IMG/VR virus record: IMGVR_UViG_3300035438_000178 | Span: 1-61,720 of that record | DNA from: a virus | Taxonomy: Duplodnaviria; Caudoviricetes | Direction: 5' to 3' (one strand) | DNA length: 61,720 nt | Part shown: positions 1 through 10,117 of the stretch, in pieces | Layout of the letters: every line of letters starts with the position of its first letter | Position numbering within the stretch: position 1 is the first letter of the stretch | The notes under the pieces: model-generated | Seen by the model: the letters and a program-made list of their open reading frames with translations, nothing else | The model's database searches: none | What the model was told of the DNA's origin: nothing | Position numbers and translations under genes: made by a program

Positions 1-280
1 ATTGACAACTCCTGATGGTACTCCTGATACAGCCATTATTTACGCTTATTAAATTTTTTCAAAAGAGTACGGAAGTATGCGTTTTCTTTGGACAGACGAG
101 CTGCTTGTTGAGGATTCAGAATAACTTCTCCACCAGTCATCTCACCTATCTTCTCTCCTTTTTGAATGATGTCAATAGGATTTGTCTTGTGATTGAAAGA
201 CCCTTTAGTCATCATACCACCTTCTTTCATATATGCAGCTCTGTCATTCAAGCCCAATTGCTCTAACAACCGCTTCTTCA
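1..280. repeat. Terminal direct repeat (assembly circularisation overlap), left copy
   Basis: 1-280 matches 61441-61720 except at 5 positions (108, 119, 147, 149, 153). Confidence 0.97.
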
Positions 281-1031
281 TCTCCTGCTCTCTCAAGATT
301 TCAGGACTAACATATACATCAGAAACTCCGGTCACTCCTTCATAATCAAATCCCTGCTGATAAGCATCTGCTGGACTCATAATAGATGCAGCTTGTTCTT
401 CTGCCAATGGAATAGCCATATACTCGTCAAGAGTTGTGCCCGGCATCTTTCCTTCACGAGCAGTTGTTTCTCCTGCTTTTTTACCTGCGGTCTTATTAAA
501 CTGAGAGGCTACAATAGATTTACCAGCACCACCAAAAGCACCAGCGATATTCTGTAAACCGCCCTCAATCATACCTCTAGCCTCACCTGCGCGTTGCTCG
601 TAAACAGTGCGCTCACGACCTTGCTCACGCTCAAGAGCTGAAGTCAAGTTCTGCAATGCAGATTGTTGAAGTTGATTCTGATTTGCAATCGTCTCAAACT
701 GAGCACGTTCTGCTGCACGGTTAACTCCGGGTAGTCCACCCAAAATAGCACGTCCTCCAGCGCCTTGAAGAGCCTGAATAGAAGTAGCGGTAGAACGATT
801 GATTTCTTCCAACTGACGCTGCATAAGCTGTTGGTCCATAGCATTCTTATACAACTCTCGCCACTCGCTAGGAGCTGATGTACTTGGCGCTTTCAATGAC
901 TTCAAGGCTTTGTTTCCTTGAGACATTTGATATGCTCCTAATCCAGCCTGAAGCGCGCTAAGACCCAACTGAATGGGTATAGCGCCTCCAAGTTGATATT
1001 TTTTTACGCTTTTATTCTTAGAAATCTTCAT
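36..1031 (-). CDS. Putative virion internal/ejection (cargo) protein
   Basis: 331 aa; Gly/Ala/Gln-rich amphipathic helices with hydrophobic N-terminal segment; lies between the tail nozzle gene and other ejection genes; YxxGG motifs. Confidence 0.6.
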   Translation of the reverse strand: MKISKNKSVKKYQLGGAIPIQLGLSALQAGLGAYQMSQGNKALKSLKAPSTSAPSEWRELYKNAMDQQLMQRQLEEINRSTATSIQALQGAGGRAILGGLPGVNRAAERAQFETIANQNQLQQSALQNLTSALEREQGRERTVYEQRAGEARGMIEGGLQNIAGAFGGAGKSIVASQFNKTAGKKAGETTAREGKMPGTTLDEYMAIPLAEEQAASIMSPADAYQQGFDYEGVTGVSDVYVSPEILREQEMKKRLLEQLGLNDRAAYMKEGGMMTKGSFNHKTNPIDIIQKGEKIGEMTGGEVILNPQQAARLSKENAYFRTLLKKFNKRK

Positions 1032-1035
1032 AAAA

Positions 1036-1043
1036 CAAAGGTA
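1036..1043 (-). promoter_or_regulatory. Bacteroidota -7 promoter box (TACCTTTG), 4 nt upstream of ATG
   Basis: Matches TAnnTTTG consensus, intergenic. Confidence 0.7.
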
Positions 1044-1047
1044 TTAT

Positions 1048-4000
1048 TTATTCTCCTAACTCGTTGTGGAGGTTACTCTTGCTGTAGATAGCGTTGATAG
1101 CGTAAAGCTCTACTTCAGATATTGAAGAAGTAGACAGACGAATCTTCGCATAGTAGTCACGAATCTGGTCTCCCTCAAGCGTAGAATAAGGTGCAAGAGC
1201 AACAACAATGTCGCCATTGGTGATTCCCGCAGGAGGTGCGCTGACAGTTATTGTATTGGCTCCAGAGATTCCAGTAATGGTAATAGTTGGGCTTCCAATA
1301 GCAATAAGCGACGTTCCTGAGACACGATACAATGTAGAACCAATTGGGAATGGGATATTACCAATTGGAGCTGTGAACGTGATATTGCCAGAGGTTGAGC
1401 TTTGGATTATACCCAAAGAGTAAACCTCAGAAGAACCACTAAGAGAAGTAATCGTAGACGTACCTGTATTTGGTGAGCTGTCACGCGGAATGTAGGCGTA
1501 GAAGTTGCGCTCCTTCAATGCGTAGTCACCGTAAGGGTAGTAGATGCTGTCTATTGTTACTGGAGTTGCACTAATAGAAGTTGACTGGTCAGTATTTGTT
1601 ACGTTTGCAGCCCAAGCATCAGTTCCTTCAATGCTAAGAGATTCGTAAGCCTTAACCATAGAAGGATTGAAGTTTGAAATAACTTCAACTACAGAGCCTC
1701 CATTTACCCCGTAATAAGTAGAACGGTTAGCACCCTCGTGGTGTTTGTACATCGCTCCAGCCTTGAACGTATACAACGTATCATCTATAGATGTAATGTT
1801 CTCAGGAGTAAACGAGTAGCGAGTGTTCCAAACAGATTCACCAGTATCAAATCCAGCGGAGAAGTTTCCGTAAGTGTTTGCAGCAGCACCAATAGATGCA
1901 GTGAACTCAGGGCAACTTAGAACGAATGGGAACGTAAATGAACCGTCTGCAATGTTGATTATGATTGGAACAAAGAAGCTATAGCTTGTATTTGTTGCAA
2001 TTCCATAAAGAGCATTACTTGAGTTTCCAATAAACTCTTCACCAAGTACAACCGGATACCCATCAGACATACGGTCCAAGAACGCAATAGCATTTATGCT
2101 ATTATCAAATGTATCGCATATCTGATTGAATACTCGCTCTTCAGTATTGAAGTGGAACAGCAAGTCATCATTATATGTAAAAGAACACAAAACCTTAGTC
2201 CGGTTCTGGTCTGTCTGTATATTGTAAGTAGCTATTAATGCAGCAAGTGAATTGTATACATTGACGACTGAAGTATTAAATCCTTCAGATGCAATGATGT
2301 ATTCTCCATTCTCATCATCCAATCCTCCAATTACTTTCTTGATGGACGCAAACTGAACGATGTCTCGGAAGTTATCCTTGAAGAAAGAATCCATATTGGC
2401 CTCAGAGATAGGAGTGAGTCCATCTTGAGAAAGACGCATAACCTTTCCGCTTCGGATGTCAGCAAAGTAGATACGACCACGCTGTACCGCAACAGACTCA
2501 GGGTTATTGTTTACTCCATATTCTCCACTGTAATACTGAGGAACACCAACAACATTCTTGGTAGCAGTAACTGCTGAACTACCATCAGAGAACTCAACCA
2601 AGTTTCTTCCAACAGGAAATAAACCAACCTTCTTGTCTTGCAAGAAAACTACGCTATCATCTCGGTTTATCAGTACGCGGATAGAACCGTGAATGTAGTT
2701 TAGGTCATAGAAGTTTGCCTGAGAAGGAGTGAAGCTTGATAATCCGAGGTAGAATGAATCAATTACAAATGGACCAGAATATGTTACAGAGCCTGTACGG
2801 TATACAGTCTTTGCATTGACGTTCTCAACTAATGGACGACCAATAGAGGTGTACTTAGATGCAAAGAAGTCACTTACGTTGTCTGTCTCTACATTCTCTA
2901 CAAAGTAACCAAATGTCTTAGCCTTCTTGCCATAGCGCAGCATACGTGGACGGTAGTAGCAATCACCCTCATCCAAAGAGATAACAGCCTCCGTTACGTT
3001 GGTTATAGTAAGTGTAGGCGTAGATGCAGCTGTAAATGTCCCGCTAAGAACAGTTCCGAGAACTCTCCAGTTACCTAAATAAGTAAAGAAGGTTTCTGGT
3101 ATCACATTTGTAACTACAAAAGAGTTACCACCGGAACGGAGTATATCACCAACAGCAGCAAACGTATCTAGAAAAAACATTACATTCTGACCTGATACAG
3201 TATCGCAGTAAGAGGCTGTAGTTGCCGGACGATTGATACCATACATCGTTCCGTTTATTACCGGATACGATTTACCAATCTCGTAATAAATCTCTTGTTC
3301 TTGGACTTGCTTCGCTTGACGATAAAGCTCAATAATACATTTATTTGACCACTTATCTGTCTTTCTGATTACGCTTTGCTTTCCAAATGATTTAGAGTCG
3401 TTATCACGAAGAGCCAAGAACCATCCAGTAGTGTTATATATAGAACTCTCGGAAGTAGATGAAAGAATCGGGTTAGTTGATTCATCATTTGTGAAGAACT
3501 CATAACCAACAACTTCAAATTCAGCGTCTGCATATATTCTAGTCTCTTCATAAGTACCAGAAGTAATGTTGATGACACCAGAAGATGGATTATTAATATT
3601 GGTTGCTATTGCTCCAAAAATAGATGCAGCAGCAGGAATACCTTCAACAAATATTAATCCAGCGAAGTTTACTATGTTTGATTGAAGTACCGTTGCAGTA
3701 TATAGATTTAATCCATCTATAATCAGCAACTTATCACCAACAGAAGGGGCAGTAACTACTCCAGTAACATTAAGGGTAAACCCAAAAGTATTGAATGATA
3801 TAACTCGAAGTTTATCTCCGGGAGTGTATTTGTACTCAATGTTTGCCCCCTTACTTTCCTTGTATGAATCATCTTTGCCCTCAAGAGAGCGCATAGACAC
3901 ATACAACAAGTCCTGATTGGAGTTTCCAGCAATTACGCTGTCTGCGCTTGGATTTGAAGCAATAAAGCCAGCAATGGTACTATACTGAAGGAACTCTGTT

Positions 4001-6231
4001 GAACTGCCTGACTTTGCATACACAGGGCTCCAACGAGTAGCCCAAGATGGAGCCGCAGAGCGTATACGCATAAATACTTCAGAACGTCCATACAGCATTG
4101 CTGTAGGATACCAAAGGAAGTTACGCTCATTTGGGTAATCAATATATACAGAGCCTAATTCTTGGACAAAAGAAGAGCGATTCCGGTCATCATAAAAGAC
4201 AACTCCAAACTTATGGGAAGAACCTGATTTAAAACTTTTATATCCATCTATTGAGTTAGATGCGAATGATGCGCTACTTATCATAGACACATTACGCATA
4301 GCAATCTCATAGTAGGTAGACACAGTTCCAATAGGAGAGCCTATAACAACGTCATTATTTACAATAGTAGAAGTAAATGCTGTATATGGCGCACCATCAC
4401 CAGTTATCTCAATAATGCTAGCATCATCAAAAGATATTTGAGATTTACAAGGATTTGAATTTAAAACCCAACTAATAAATTGATTTTGGCTGATGAATAA
4501 TTTTTCAAGATATAAGGTAGCTTGAATAAGTTTAACCTCATATCGAATATTTCCACCAATTGGACCCAAGTATGTAAACTGAACAGAACCACTCCCATTA
4601 AAGAATGCACGGCGTTCGCTATTCTGAGCCAATATATTAATAGAAGAAACAGGCTTATAGAAACTGATGTCATTTACAAGTACACCATAGTTATCATTGG
4701 GAGTTTCGAGTGATATAGTATAAACTCGCTCAAGTGACTTATTTAGCAATCCAACTAAGTCATTGTATGTTGAACCAGCAGGAACTTTGATAATATTAGA
4801 ATAAGAAAGAGGAGAACTTGATAAGCGCATCCAAGTTTCATCATTCAAGTAATCACTATCCAAAAGACCACCTGCAATATAAGCTTCGTTCTTATCGTTT
4901 AACTCTGTCCAAGTCAACAGATTACCCTTAGCAAATATGGTAAAGTAACCAGAGTTTGTTGGAATTTCATCATCATATGAACCTAAATTCACAGAAAAGT
5001 CAACATTCAAATAAATGTCACTTGCTAATGGAAATGTCAACGAACCTAAACTTCCTGTATTTACATCTAGATACTTTAAAAATGTATTTGGGTTGGTACT
5101 ATTATTAATGCCTATAGTTATAGGCAAGTCATAATAAATAGGTTCCGCATTATAGTTTGGATACAGACTAGCATCCAATCTGTCACTATTGGGGTAACCT
5201 TCAGAATAGTTACCTAAGAACAGGCGACTACCAGAAATGGTAAGCGATTGAGCAGTGAATGGTACGTTGTCAAACAACTTATCTGACTCATCAGTAGACA
5301 GATAACGATACAATGCATCATTCTTAAAATCATAAGTTACCGTTGTAGGAGTTGAAACAGACGGGTTTGAGATTTCATCAATGATGAATAAAGCCCCATT
5401 ATCTCTCTCACGACCAAGAATACGGATGTACTTGACATCTGCGACGCTGGTTAAAACAGAAATACGAATAACATTGCTGATGTTTTCCTCATTCTTATTA
5501 CCCAAGTCATAAAGGAACTGCTCACGAGATGTTGTCAGCTCGGTATACTTAGATACAGACGATACCTCTCCATCGTAGTAGATGTATTGATACGCAAACT
5601 GAAAGTTCCTCTTCAGTACGTTATTCCCATCATATGAAGTATCGGTAACAAACTCAAAAGAAGGCGGGTCCAAAGGTGGCATCTTAGCCAGCGTCAAAGA
5701 CTGTAGTATCTCAAAATCGGAGCCATTCACAACACTTGACGGATATCCGCCAAGAATCATACGAGATACGTTTATTTTCTTTGGAGGTGTTACATCATCT
5801 GTGAAATACAAAAGGGTATCTCCAGTCAATGTTTTAATCAAGTCGCCTTGAATGAATGCAGTATTTATAAAGCCTAAAAGACTGCTTCTAAATACCAATT
5901 CGCACACATCAATAGCGGTAGAGAAGCGATAGATGCTATGTCCGTTATTGCTATTCCAGACAAAGAAAATGATTTCTCCTATCTGAGAGTTTGTAACAGA
6001 GCCGATTACCTTATTGTCTCCAGCGGGAAGTGCGTGAGGCTGTCCCTGCCAGTTGTTTCCTGATTTAAAAGAAACAATAGTATTTCCAAACGCATTCTTT
6101 ACTACACCCCCGTCTCCATTGGTATCAGCAGCAAGACGCACATTTAATGCGTCAGTCATCTCTACGTTCTTTACAAGACGAACATCGTCTTCCGTATTGA
6201 GATAGCGAGGGATAAGTTTATCAATAGCCAT
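1048..6231 (-). CDS. Tail stabilisation/nozzle (muzzle) protein, crAss-like/P22 gp10-like
   Basis: 1727 aa; N-terminal LNTEDDVRLV..EMTDALNVR, FQFAYQYIYYDGE, FKSGSSHKFGVVFYDDRNRSS, C-terminal GDQIRDYYAKIRL; follows two ring-protein genes. Confidence 0.75.
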   Translation of the reverse strand: MAIDKLIPRYLNTEDDVRLVKNVEMTDALNVRLAADTNGDGGVVKNAFGNTIVSFKSGNNWQGQPHALPAGDNKVIGSVTNSQIGEIIFFVWNSNNGHSIYRFSTAIDVCELVFRSSLLGFINTAFIQGDLIKTLTGDTLLYFTDDVTPPKKINVSRMILGGYPSSVVNGSDFEILQSLTLAKMPPLDPPSFEFVTDTSYDGNNVLKRNFQFAYQYIYYDGEVSSVSKYTELTTSREQFLYDLGNKNEENISNVIRISVLTSVADVKYIRILGRERDNGALFIIDEISNPSVSTPTTVTYDFKNDALYRYLSTDESDKLFDNVPFTAQSLTISGSRLFLGNYSEGYPNSDRLDASLYPNYNAEPIYYDLPITIGINNSTNPNTFLKYLDVNTGSLGSLTFPLASDIYLNVDFSVNLGSYDDEIPTNSGYFTIFAKGNLLTWTELNDKNEAYIAGGLLDSDYLNDETWMRLSSSPLSYSNIIKVPAGSTYNDLVGLLNKSLERVYTISLETPNDNYGVLVNDISFYKPVSSINILAQNSERRAFFNGSGSVQFTYLGPIGGNIRYEVKLIQATLYLEKLFISQNQFISWVLNSNPCKSQISFDDASIIEITGDGAPYTAFTSTIVNNDVVIGSPIGTVSTYYEIAMRNVSMISSASFASNSIDGYKSFKSGSSHKFGVVFYDDRNRSSFVQELGSVYIDYPNERNFLWYPTAMLYGRSEVFMRIRSAAPSWATRWSPVYAKSGSSTEFLQYSTIAGFIASNPSADSVIAGNSNQDLLYVSMRSLEGKDDSYKESKGANIEYKYTPGDKLRVISFNTFGFTLNVTGVVTAPSVGDKLLIIDGLNLYTATVLQSNIVNFAGLIFVEGIPAAASIFGAIATNINNPSSGVINITSGTYEETRIYADAEFEVVGYEFFTNDESTNPILSSTSESSIYNTTGWFLALRDNDSKSFGKQSVIRKTDKWSNKCIIELYRQAKQVQEQEIYYEIGKSYPVINGTMYGINRPATTASYCDTVSGQNVMFFLDTFAAVGDILRSGGNSFVVTNVIPETFFTYLGNWRVLGTVLSGTFTAASTPTLTITNVTEAVISLDEGDCYYRPRMLRYGKKAKTFGYFVENVETDNVSDFFASKYTSIGRPLVENVNAKTVYRTGSVTYSGPFVIDSFYLGLSSFTPSQANFYDLNYIHGSIRVLINRDDSVVFLQDKKVGLFPVGRNLVEFSDGSSAVTATKNVVGVPQYYSGEYGVNNNPESVAVQRGRIYFADIRSGKVMRLSQDGLTPISEANMDSFFKDNFRDIVQFASIKKVIGGLDDENGEYIIASEGFNTSVVNVYNSLAALIATYNIQTDQNRTKVLCSFTYNDDLLFHFNTEERVFNQICDTFDNSINAIAFLDRMSDGYPVVLGEEFIGNSSNALYGIATNTSYSFFVPIIINIADGSFTFPFVLSCPEFTASIGAAANTYGNFSAGFDTGESVWNTRYSFTPENITSIDDTLYTFKAGAMYKHHEGANRSTYYGVNGGSVVEVISNFNPSMVKAYESLSIEGTDAWAANVTNTDQSTSISATPVTIDSIYYPYGDYALKERNFYAYIPRDSSPNTGTSTITSLSGSSEVYSLGIIQSSTSGNITFTAPIGNIPFPIGSTLYRVSGTSLIAIGSPTITITGISGANTITVSAPPAGITNGDIVVALAPYSTLEGDQIRDYYAKIRLSTSSISEVELYAINAIYSKSNLHNELGE

Positions 6232-6233
6232 TG

Positions 6234-6974
6234 TTAAGCCTTAGGAGATTGCTTGAAATTCTTACGAATAACCTTGAGAGCTTCATCCTTAGAGAATGCT
6301 TTCATACGGCTGTTCGCCAAACGACGCTCATTAAAGTATTCTTGACGAGCACGGCCCTTCTCTCCAAGAGAGACATTTGACTTACGCTCAATCAAGTGGT
6401 AATAAATATATGCACGAAGCGCTTGCTCCGCGTACACGTGGATTGTAGGAGATGCAGCACGCGCTTCGTCGGCAATATATTCTAAGTACACTGACGCAGT
6501 TCCAATGTCACTTGCGAACTCAATACGATTGTTCTGGGTGTCTATCCTAAATTGACCAGAATAGTTACCGCCCCCCATTCCGTAGAGTCCACCGTTTGAT
6601 ACGGAATAGACATATTCGCGGTAAACGTAGGAATCGTAGTTAAGATTGAATTCGTCCTCCAAAGTGATTGGAGTCCCTGTAAGGTTGAAGTTTTTGTTTT
6701 CTCCGAATACATATACCAATCCGTCAGGTCCTACTTTACCGATTTTAACCATATCAACATAATCCGCAGGGAAGTTGACAGTATTTGTTGCGCCATCAAC
6801 AGACAGCGTAGTTGCTTTGATTCGCTTCAGGATGTCAAATCCCATCTCACGAATCCCACGAAGAGCTACGTTTCTAATCAGTACCTCAGATGCATTATTG
6901 ATATAATCATCGTCACCGATAGAAATCATAAAGTCAGTAATGACTTGTTCAAGAGATACCGTATCCTGTGCCAT
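6234..6974 (-). CDS. Tail ring/tubular structural protein
   Basis: 246 aa; FPADYVDMVKIG motif and helical C-terminus typical of crAss-like ring proteins; position. Confidence 0.65.
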   Translation of the reverse strand: MAQDTVSLEQVITDFMISIGDDDYINNASEVLIRNVALRGIREMGFDILKRIKATTLSVDGATNTVNFPADYVDMVKIGKVGPDGLVYVFGENKNFNLTGTPITLEDEFNLNYDSYVYREYVYSVSNGGLYGMGGGNYSGQFRIDTQNNRIEFASDIGTASVYLEYIADEARAASPTIHVYAEQALRAYIYYHLIERKSNVSLGEKGRARQEYFNERRLANSRMKAFSKDEALKVIRKNFKQSPKA

Positions 6975-7693
6975 TATTGCTCAGATTTTTCTTGGTTAGC
7001 CGCATATGCGTATACATCTTGGTCTCTCAAGTTGATGCCAATAAGCTTAGCCAATTCAACTACCAAGTCAAATACGTAATGCTCAGGAAGTTCAAAGTCG
7101 TAGCTGTTTGCAGGGTTGAATATCTCCTTGTTTGCAACAAGAGGTAAAACGTAGCCCCACTTAGGCTGTGCAGCAACACGAGTAGCAGTACCTACCTGTA
7201 ACGCTTCAGGCTGCTTGTAATAGGTTAGAGAAACACTTGCGATAGACGTAGGGCTTACGTTCAATGAAGTGTCTAAGAACGCAGCAGGGAAGTTCACAGA
7301 AGGAGCAGACAAAGTGCTACGAAGGACGTTTTTCCAATTCGCAATGTCATTGACAACCGGGACAGAACGATTAGAAGAATCTGTAATCGTAATGACACGA
7401 GCAAAGTCAGAAGGAAATGCTCCAACTCCTGTAGTCAAAGAAACAGTTTGCGTCTTTACGAAGCGAGCTAAGTCCTCATCCAGTTGCTTGATTCTATTCT
7501 TGTCTAAGGCAGAATCCAACTGATTGTTTCTAATTCGCTTAGCCATAACTCGGTCTTGCTCAAACAACTGATTGTACAGATTTAGTTGAGCAACACCAGC
7601 TAAGCTGTTGAATACGGATGGGGTCACAAATCCACGCTGGTCTTTGTTTACCAAATCTTTTAGTGCCGTATACACTCTGTTTACGCTAGCCAT
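6974..7693 (-). CDS. Tail tubular/ring protein (P22 gp4-like adaptor)
   Basis: 239 aa; VNKDQRGFVTPSVFN..AQL and FELPEHY..LV motifs; position after the capsid genes. Confidence 0.7.
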   Translation of the reverse strand: MASVNRVYTALKDLVNKDQRGFVTPSVFNSLAGVAQLNLYNQLFEQDRVMAKRIRNNQLDSALDKNRIKQLDEDLARFVKTQTVSLTTGVGAFPSDFARVITITDSSNRSVPVVNDIANWKNVLRSTLSAPSVNFPAAFLDTSLNVSPTSIASVSLTYYKQPEALQVGTATRVAAQPKWGYVLPLVANKEIFNPANSYDFELPEHYVFDLVVELAKLIGINLRDQDVYAYAANQEKSEQ

Positions 7694-7721
7694 ACCGAGG
7701 TCACTTTAATGCAAATATACC

Positions 7722-7751
7722 AAAAAAGAAAGGGGGCATTTAGCCCCCCTT
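7722..7751 (-). terminator. Rho-independent terminator
   Basis: AAGGGGGC-loop-GCCCCCTT stem followed by a T-run on the minus strand, downstream of 7773..8603. Confidence 0.75.
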
Positions 7752-7772
7752 ATAAATCAGAAAAAGAACCTG

Positions 7773-8603
7773 TTACAGTCGGTCAAGCTGTTCTTGCAAC
7801 TCATTGAAGACAATAGAGCCTTTGTCAGTCAAACAGAATCTAGTCATCACCTCAACAGTATCCTGACCAGCAGGAGAAGCGAGAATCAAACGATTGCTGT
7901 CATACCAATACATACCATCAGGCTTAGCGTTAAGAATCTGGAATTCAACGCATTGCATAACGATAGCTCGTGCCTTAACAGATGGGCTGTCAAACAACTC
8001 CATAAACTTAGCAGGATTTGCCTTAGCCTCTTGGAGCAATTCACGACGAATCTCGATGTTCTTTTGATTGGTGTTGATTCCCAAAGACATAGCAACAGGA
8101 AGCAATTCGTCAATGGACTTGTCACGAACCAAGATGACAGCATCCAACTTAGCGAATTCGTCTTCTACTTCTTTCTCAGCCTTCTTATCGTTCTCAAGAA
8201 CTCGGAATACACCACCTCCATTTGCTAAGTTAAGAGGGTGCTTATCAAGGTATTCTTGAAGATTCTTACGTTCTGGACCAACAATCAATTGACCCTCGTA
8301 GAAAACAACCTGCTCACGAAGAGCATCTTTAGGCTGTTCATCAGTAAAGATTGAACGCTCATTTGGGCAATAACGGATTGCTCGGTTATAACCTTTTGTT
8401 TCGTCAAAAATTGAAAAGTCGTGTTGTGGGATACGAAAAACAATACCTCCGCTACTTTCAATAACGTAGATTTTTACTTTGCTTACTTGTTCTTCTATTT
8501 CTTTGTTGCGACGTACTACACGTGCAGATTGAGCAGATACAACTGAAGGGTCAGTTAGAATATCGGTCTGCTCCACCGAGGTAATTGCGCGAGGGCGTGC
8601 CAT
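7773..8603 (-). CDS. Conserved structural/assembly protein downstream of the major capsid gene
   Basis: 276 aa; RAIRYCPNERSIFTDEQ and YLDKHPLN motifs typical of the crAss-like gene next to MCP. Confidence 0.55.
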   Translation of the reverse strand: MARPRAITSVEQTDILTDPSVVSAQSARVVRRNKEIEEQVSKVKIYVIESSGGIVFRIPQHDFSIFDETKGYNRAIRYCPNERSIFTDEQPKDALREQVVFYEGQLIVGPERKNLQEYLDKHPLNLANGGGVFRVLENDKKAEKEVEDEFAKLDAVILVRDKSIDELLPVAMSLGINTNQKNIEIRRELLQEAKANPAKFMELFDSPSVKARAIVMQCVEFQILNAKPDGMYWYDSNRLILASPAGQDTVEVMTRFCLTDKGSIVFNELQEQLDRL

Positions 8604-8624
8604 AATTGAATGAAATTTAATTAA

Positions 8625-8661
8625 GAAAGAAAAAGATGAAAGGGGGAGCCGAAGCTCCCCC
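8625..8661 (-). terminator. Rho-independent terminator after the major capsid gene
   Basis: GGGGGAGC-TTCG-GCTCCCC stem-loop (UUCG loop) followed by a T-rich tail on the minus strand. Confidence 0.85.
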
Positions 8662-8675
8662 AGTCATCAGTTTGA

Positions 8676-10103
8676 TTAACCGCGGAACAGTACGTGACGG
8701 TTCGCAGCGCGGGTTACCAAGTTGAACTCAGAACGATAGTTGAATTGCAAGTTATCGTCGTTCGTGTTGGTCACACCCAAGATAGAACCAGTCATCCAGT
8801 GCTCCATTTCACGGCTGTATCCGTTGGTAGCCTTGTAGTTCATTTCCAAAGCAGGAGCTTTATCTCCAGTCTTCGGGTCAGCTACGCTAATCATCGGAAT
8901 TGCAACACCATAATACTTTTGGTTGGTCATACCCAACAAGGTAGGCTCGTTCAACAATTTCCAGCCAGTTTTGTGGAAAGTGTAAGAACCACGCTTGAAG
9001 GAAGTGAATCCAAGCTTGATAGCAGCATCCTGAGCGTTGTTGTAGTTACCGAATGCTTGTCCACCAATAGTTGGATTAGCCGTAACAGTCGTAGCCAAGC
9101 CACGAGCAATCAAGTCGTCCAGATTCAAGTCTTGCTGACGGTTCAGGTACAAAGCGTATTCAGGAGAACCACCTTGCTTATCCAATTCCTTGATGATGTC
9201 ATCGAGGTCAGTCAAAGTAGAGGCATATCCGCTGTTAACGATACCACGGTCTTCGATAGCTGCGAAGTAACCTTCAGTACCAGCGATGTCACCATTGAAA
9301 TCGGCAGTCGTTGCAGTAGCAATTTCAGTGTTGGTTACTTGAGTTCCGAGAATCATCATCATCTCACGCTTGTCGAGGAAGCGCTGACGAGTGTCCATCT
9401 CAGACTTAACATACCAGCGGTAGTCACCACCACCTACGTCAATCCAGCCTACGTTGGTAGCTTGAGAACCAGTTACCTCATACTTCTCTTTAAGAATCAT
9501 ATAAGGGTTGGTACGCTTAACTACGTCGCTTTCCAAGTAACCGACGTTCTGTCCAGTTCCTTGAGCAAACATATTACCAACAATCGGCAATTGAACACCA
9601 GCAGTTGCTACAGAAGCGGTCAAACCACCAGTAGCCAAAGTACGCAAGGTTGCAGATGCAGTTGCGGCAGTGGTCAATTCACCAGTGCTGATAGCACTAA
9701 CGATTGCGCGGTCACGACCATTAATCAAAACGATGTCATTCAAACGCAGGTACTTAGCTGCTTGAGCCTTAACAGCATTCGTGTCGCCAGTAGCGGCAGA
9801 AGGCATATTGACAGTCAAGGTACGAACAGCAGTCGTAGCAGTAGCAGAGAAAGTAGCGTACTGAGAGGGGTGAAGACGAACTTCTTCCCAGTATTGTACT
9901 TCGTCAGCAACTCCGTTAGCACGGATAGAACCAGTCATCTGCAAGAAGCCCGTAATGGTTTGTGTACCATAGGTCTTAATCAGCATATCCCGGTTATCGG
10001 GCTTGTTTACTTGGTTAATAAAATCACCTAAAGAGGTGTACTTGGTTGGGTCCAAACGGCGAAAGCCATTATATGGAAACCCAGAGGGACTGTTTGTTGC
10101 CAT
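8676..10103 (-). CDS. Major capsid protein (HK97 fold, crAss-like)
   Basis: 475 aa; ILKEKYEVTGS, GTEGYFAAIEDRG, LGFTSFKRGSYTFHKTGWKLLN, D.LQFNYRSE; strong codon bias; followed by a strong terminator. Confidence 0.85.
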   Translation of the reverse strand: MATNSPSGFPYNGFRRLDPTKYTSLGDFINQVNKPDNRDMLIKTYGTQTITGFLQMTGSIRANGVADEVQYWEEVRLHPSQYATFSATATTAVRTLTVNMPSAATGDTNAVKAQAAKYLRLNDIVLINGRDRAIVSAISTGELTTAATASATLRTLATGGLTASVATAGVQLPIVGNMFAQGTGQNVGYLESDVVKRTNPYMILKEKYEVTGSQATNVGWIDVGGGDYRWYVKSEMDTRQRFLDKREMMMILGTQVTNTEIATATTADFNGDIAGTEGYFAAIEDRGIVNSGYASTLTDLDDIIKELDKQGGSPEYALYLNRQQDLNLDDLIARGLATTVTANPTIGGQAFGNYNNAQDAAIKLGFTSFKRGSYTFHKTGWKLLNEPTLLGMTNQKYYGVAIPMISVADPKTGDKAPALEMNYKATNGYSREMEHWMTGSILGVTNTNDDNLQFNYRSEFNLVTRAANRHVLFRG

Positions 10104-10117
10104 TTAAGGTTAGTTTT

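Noticed and set aside
8664-8670. CTGATGA on the minus strand (also at 30998 on plus) as further hammerheads
   Set aside because: No stem II-GAAA-stem III-UH arrangement follows; 8642-8661 is an ordinary terminator
8694-10031. 445-aa plus-strand ORF antisense to the major capsid gene (likewise 21034..21837 and 22219..22941)
   Set aside because: Shadow ORFs produced by codon bias of the real minus-strand genes; no motifs
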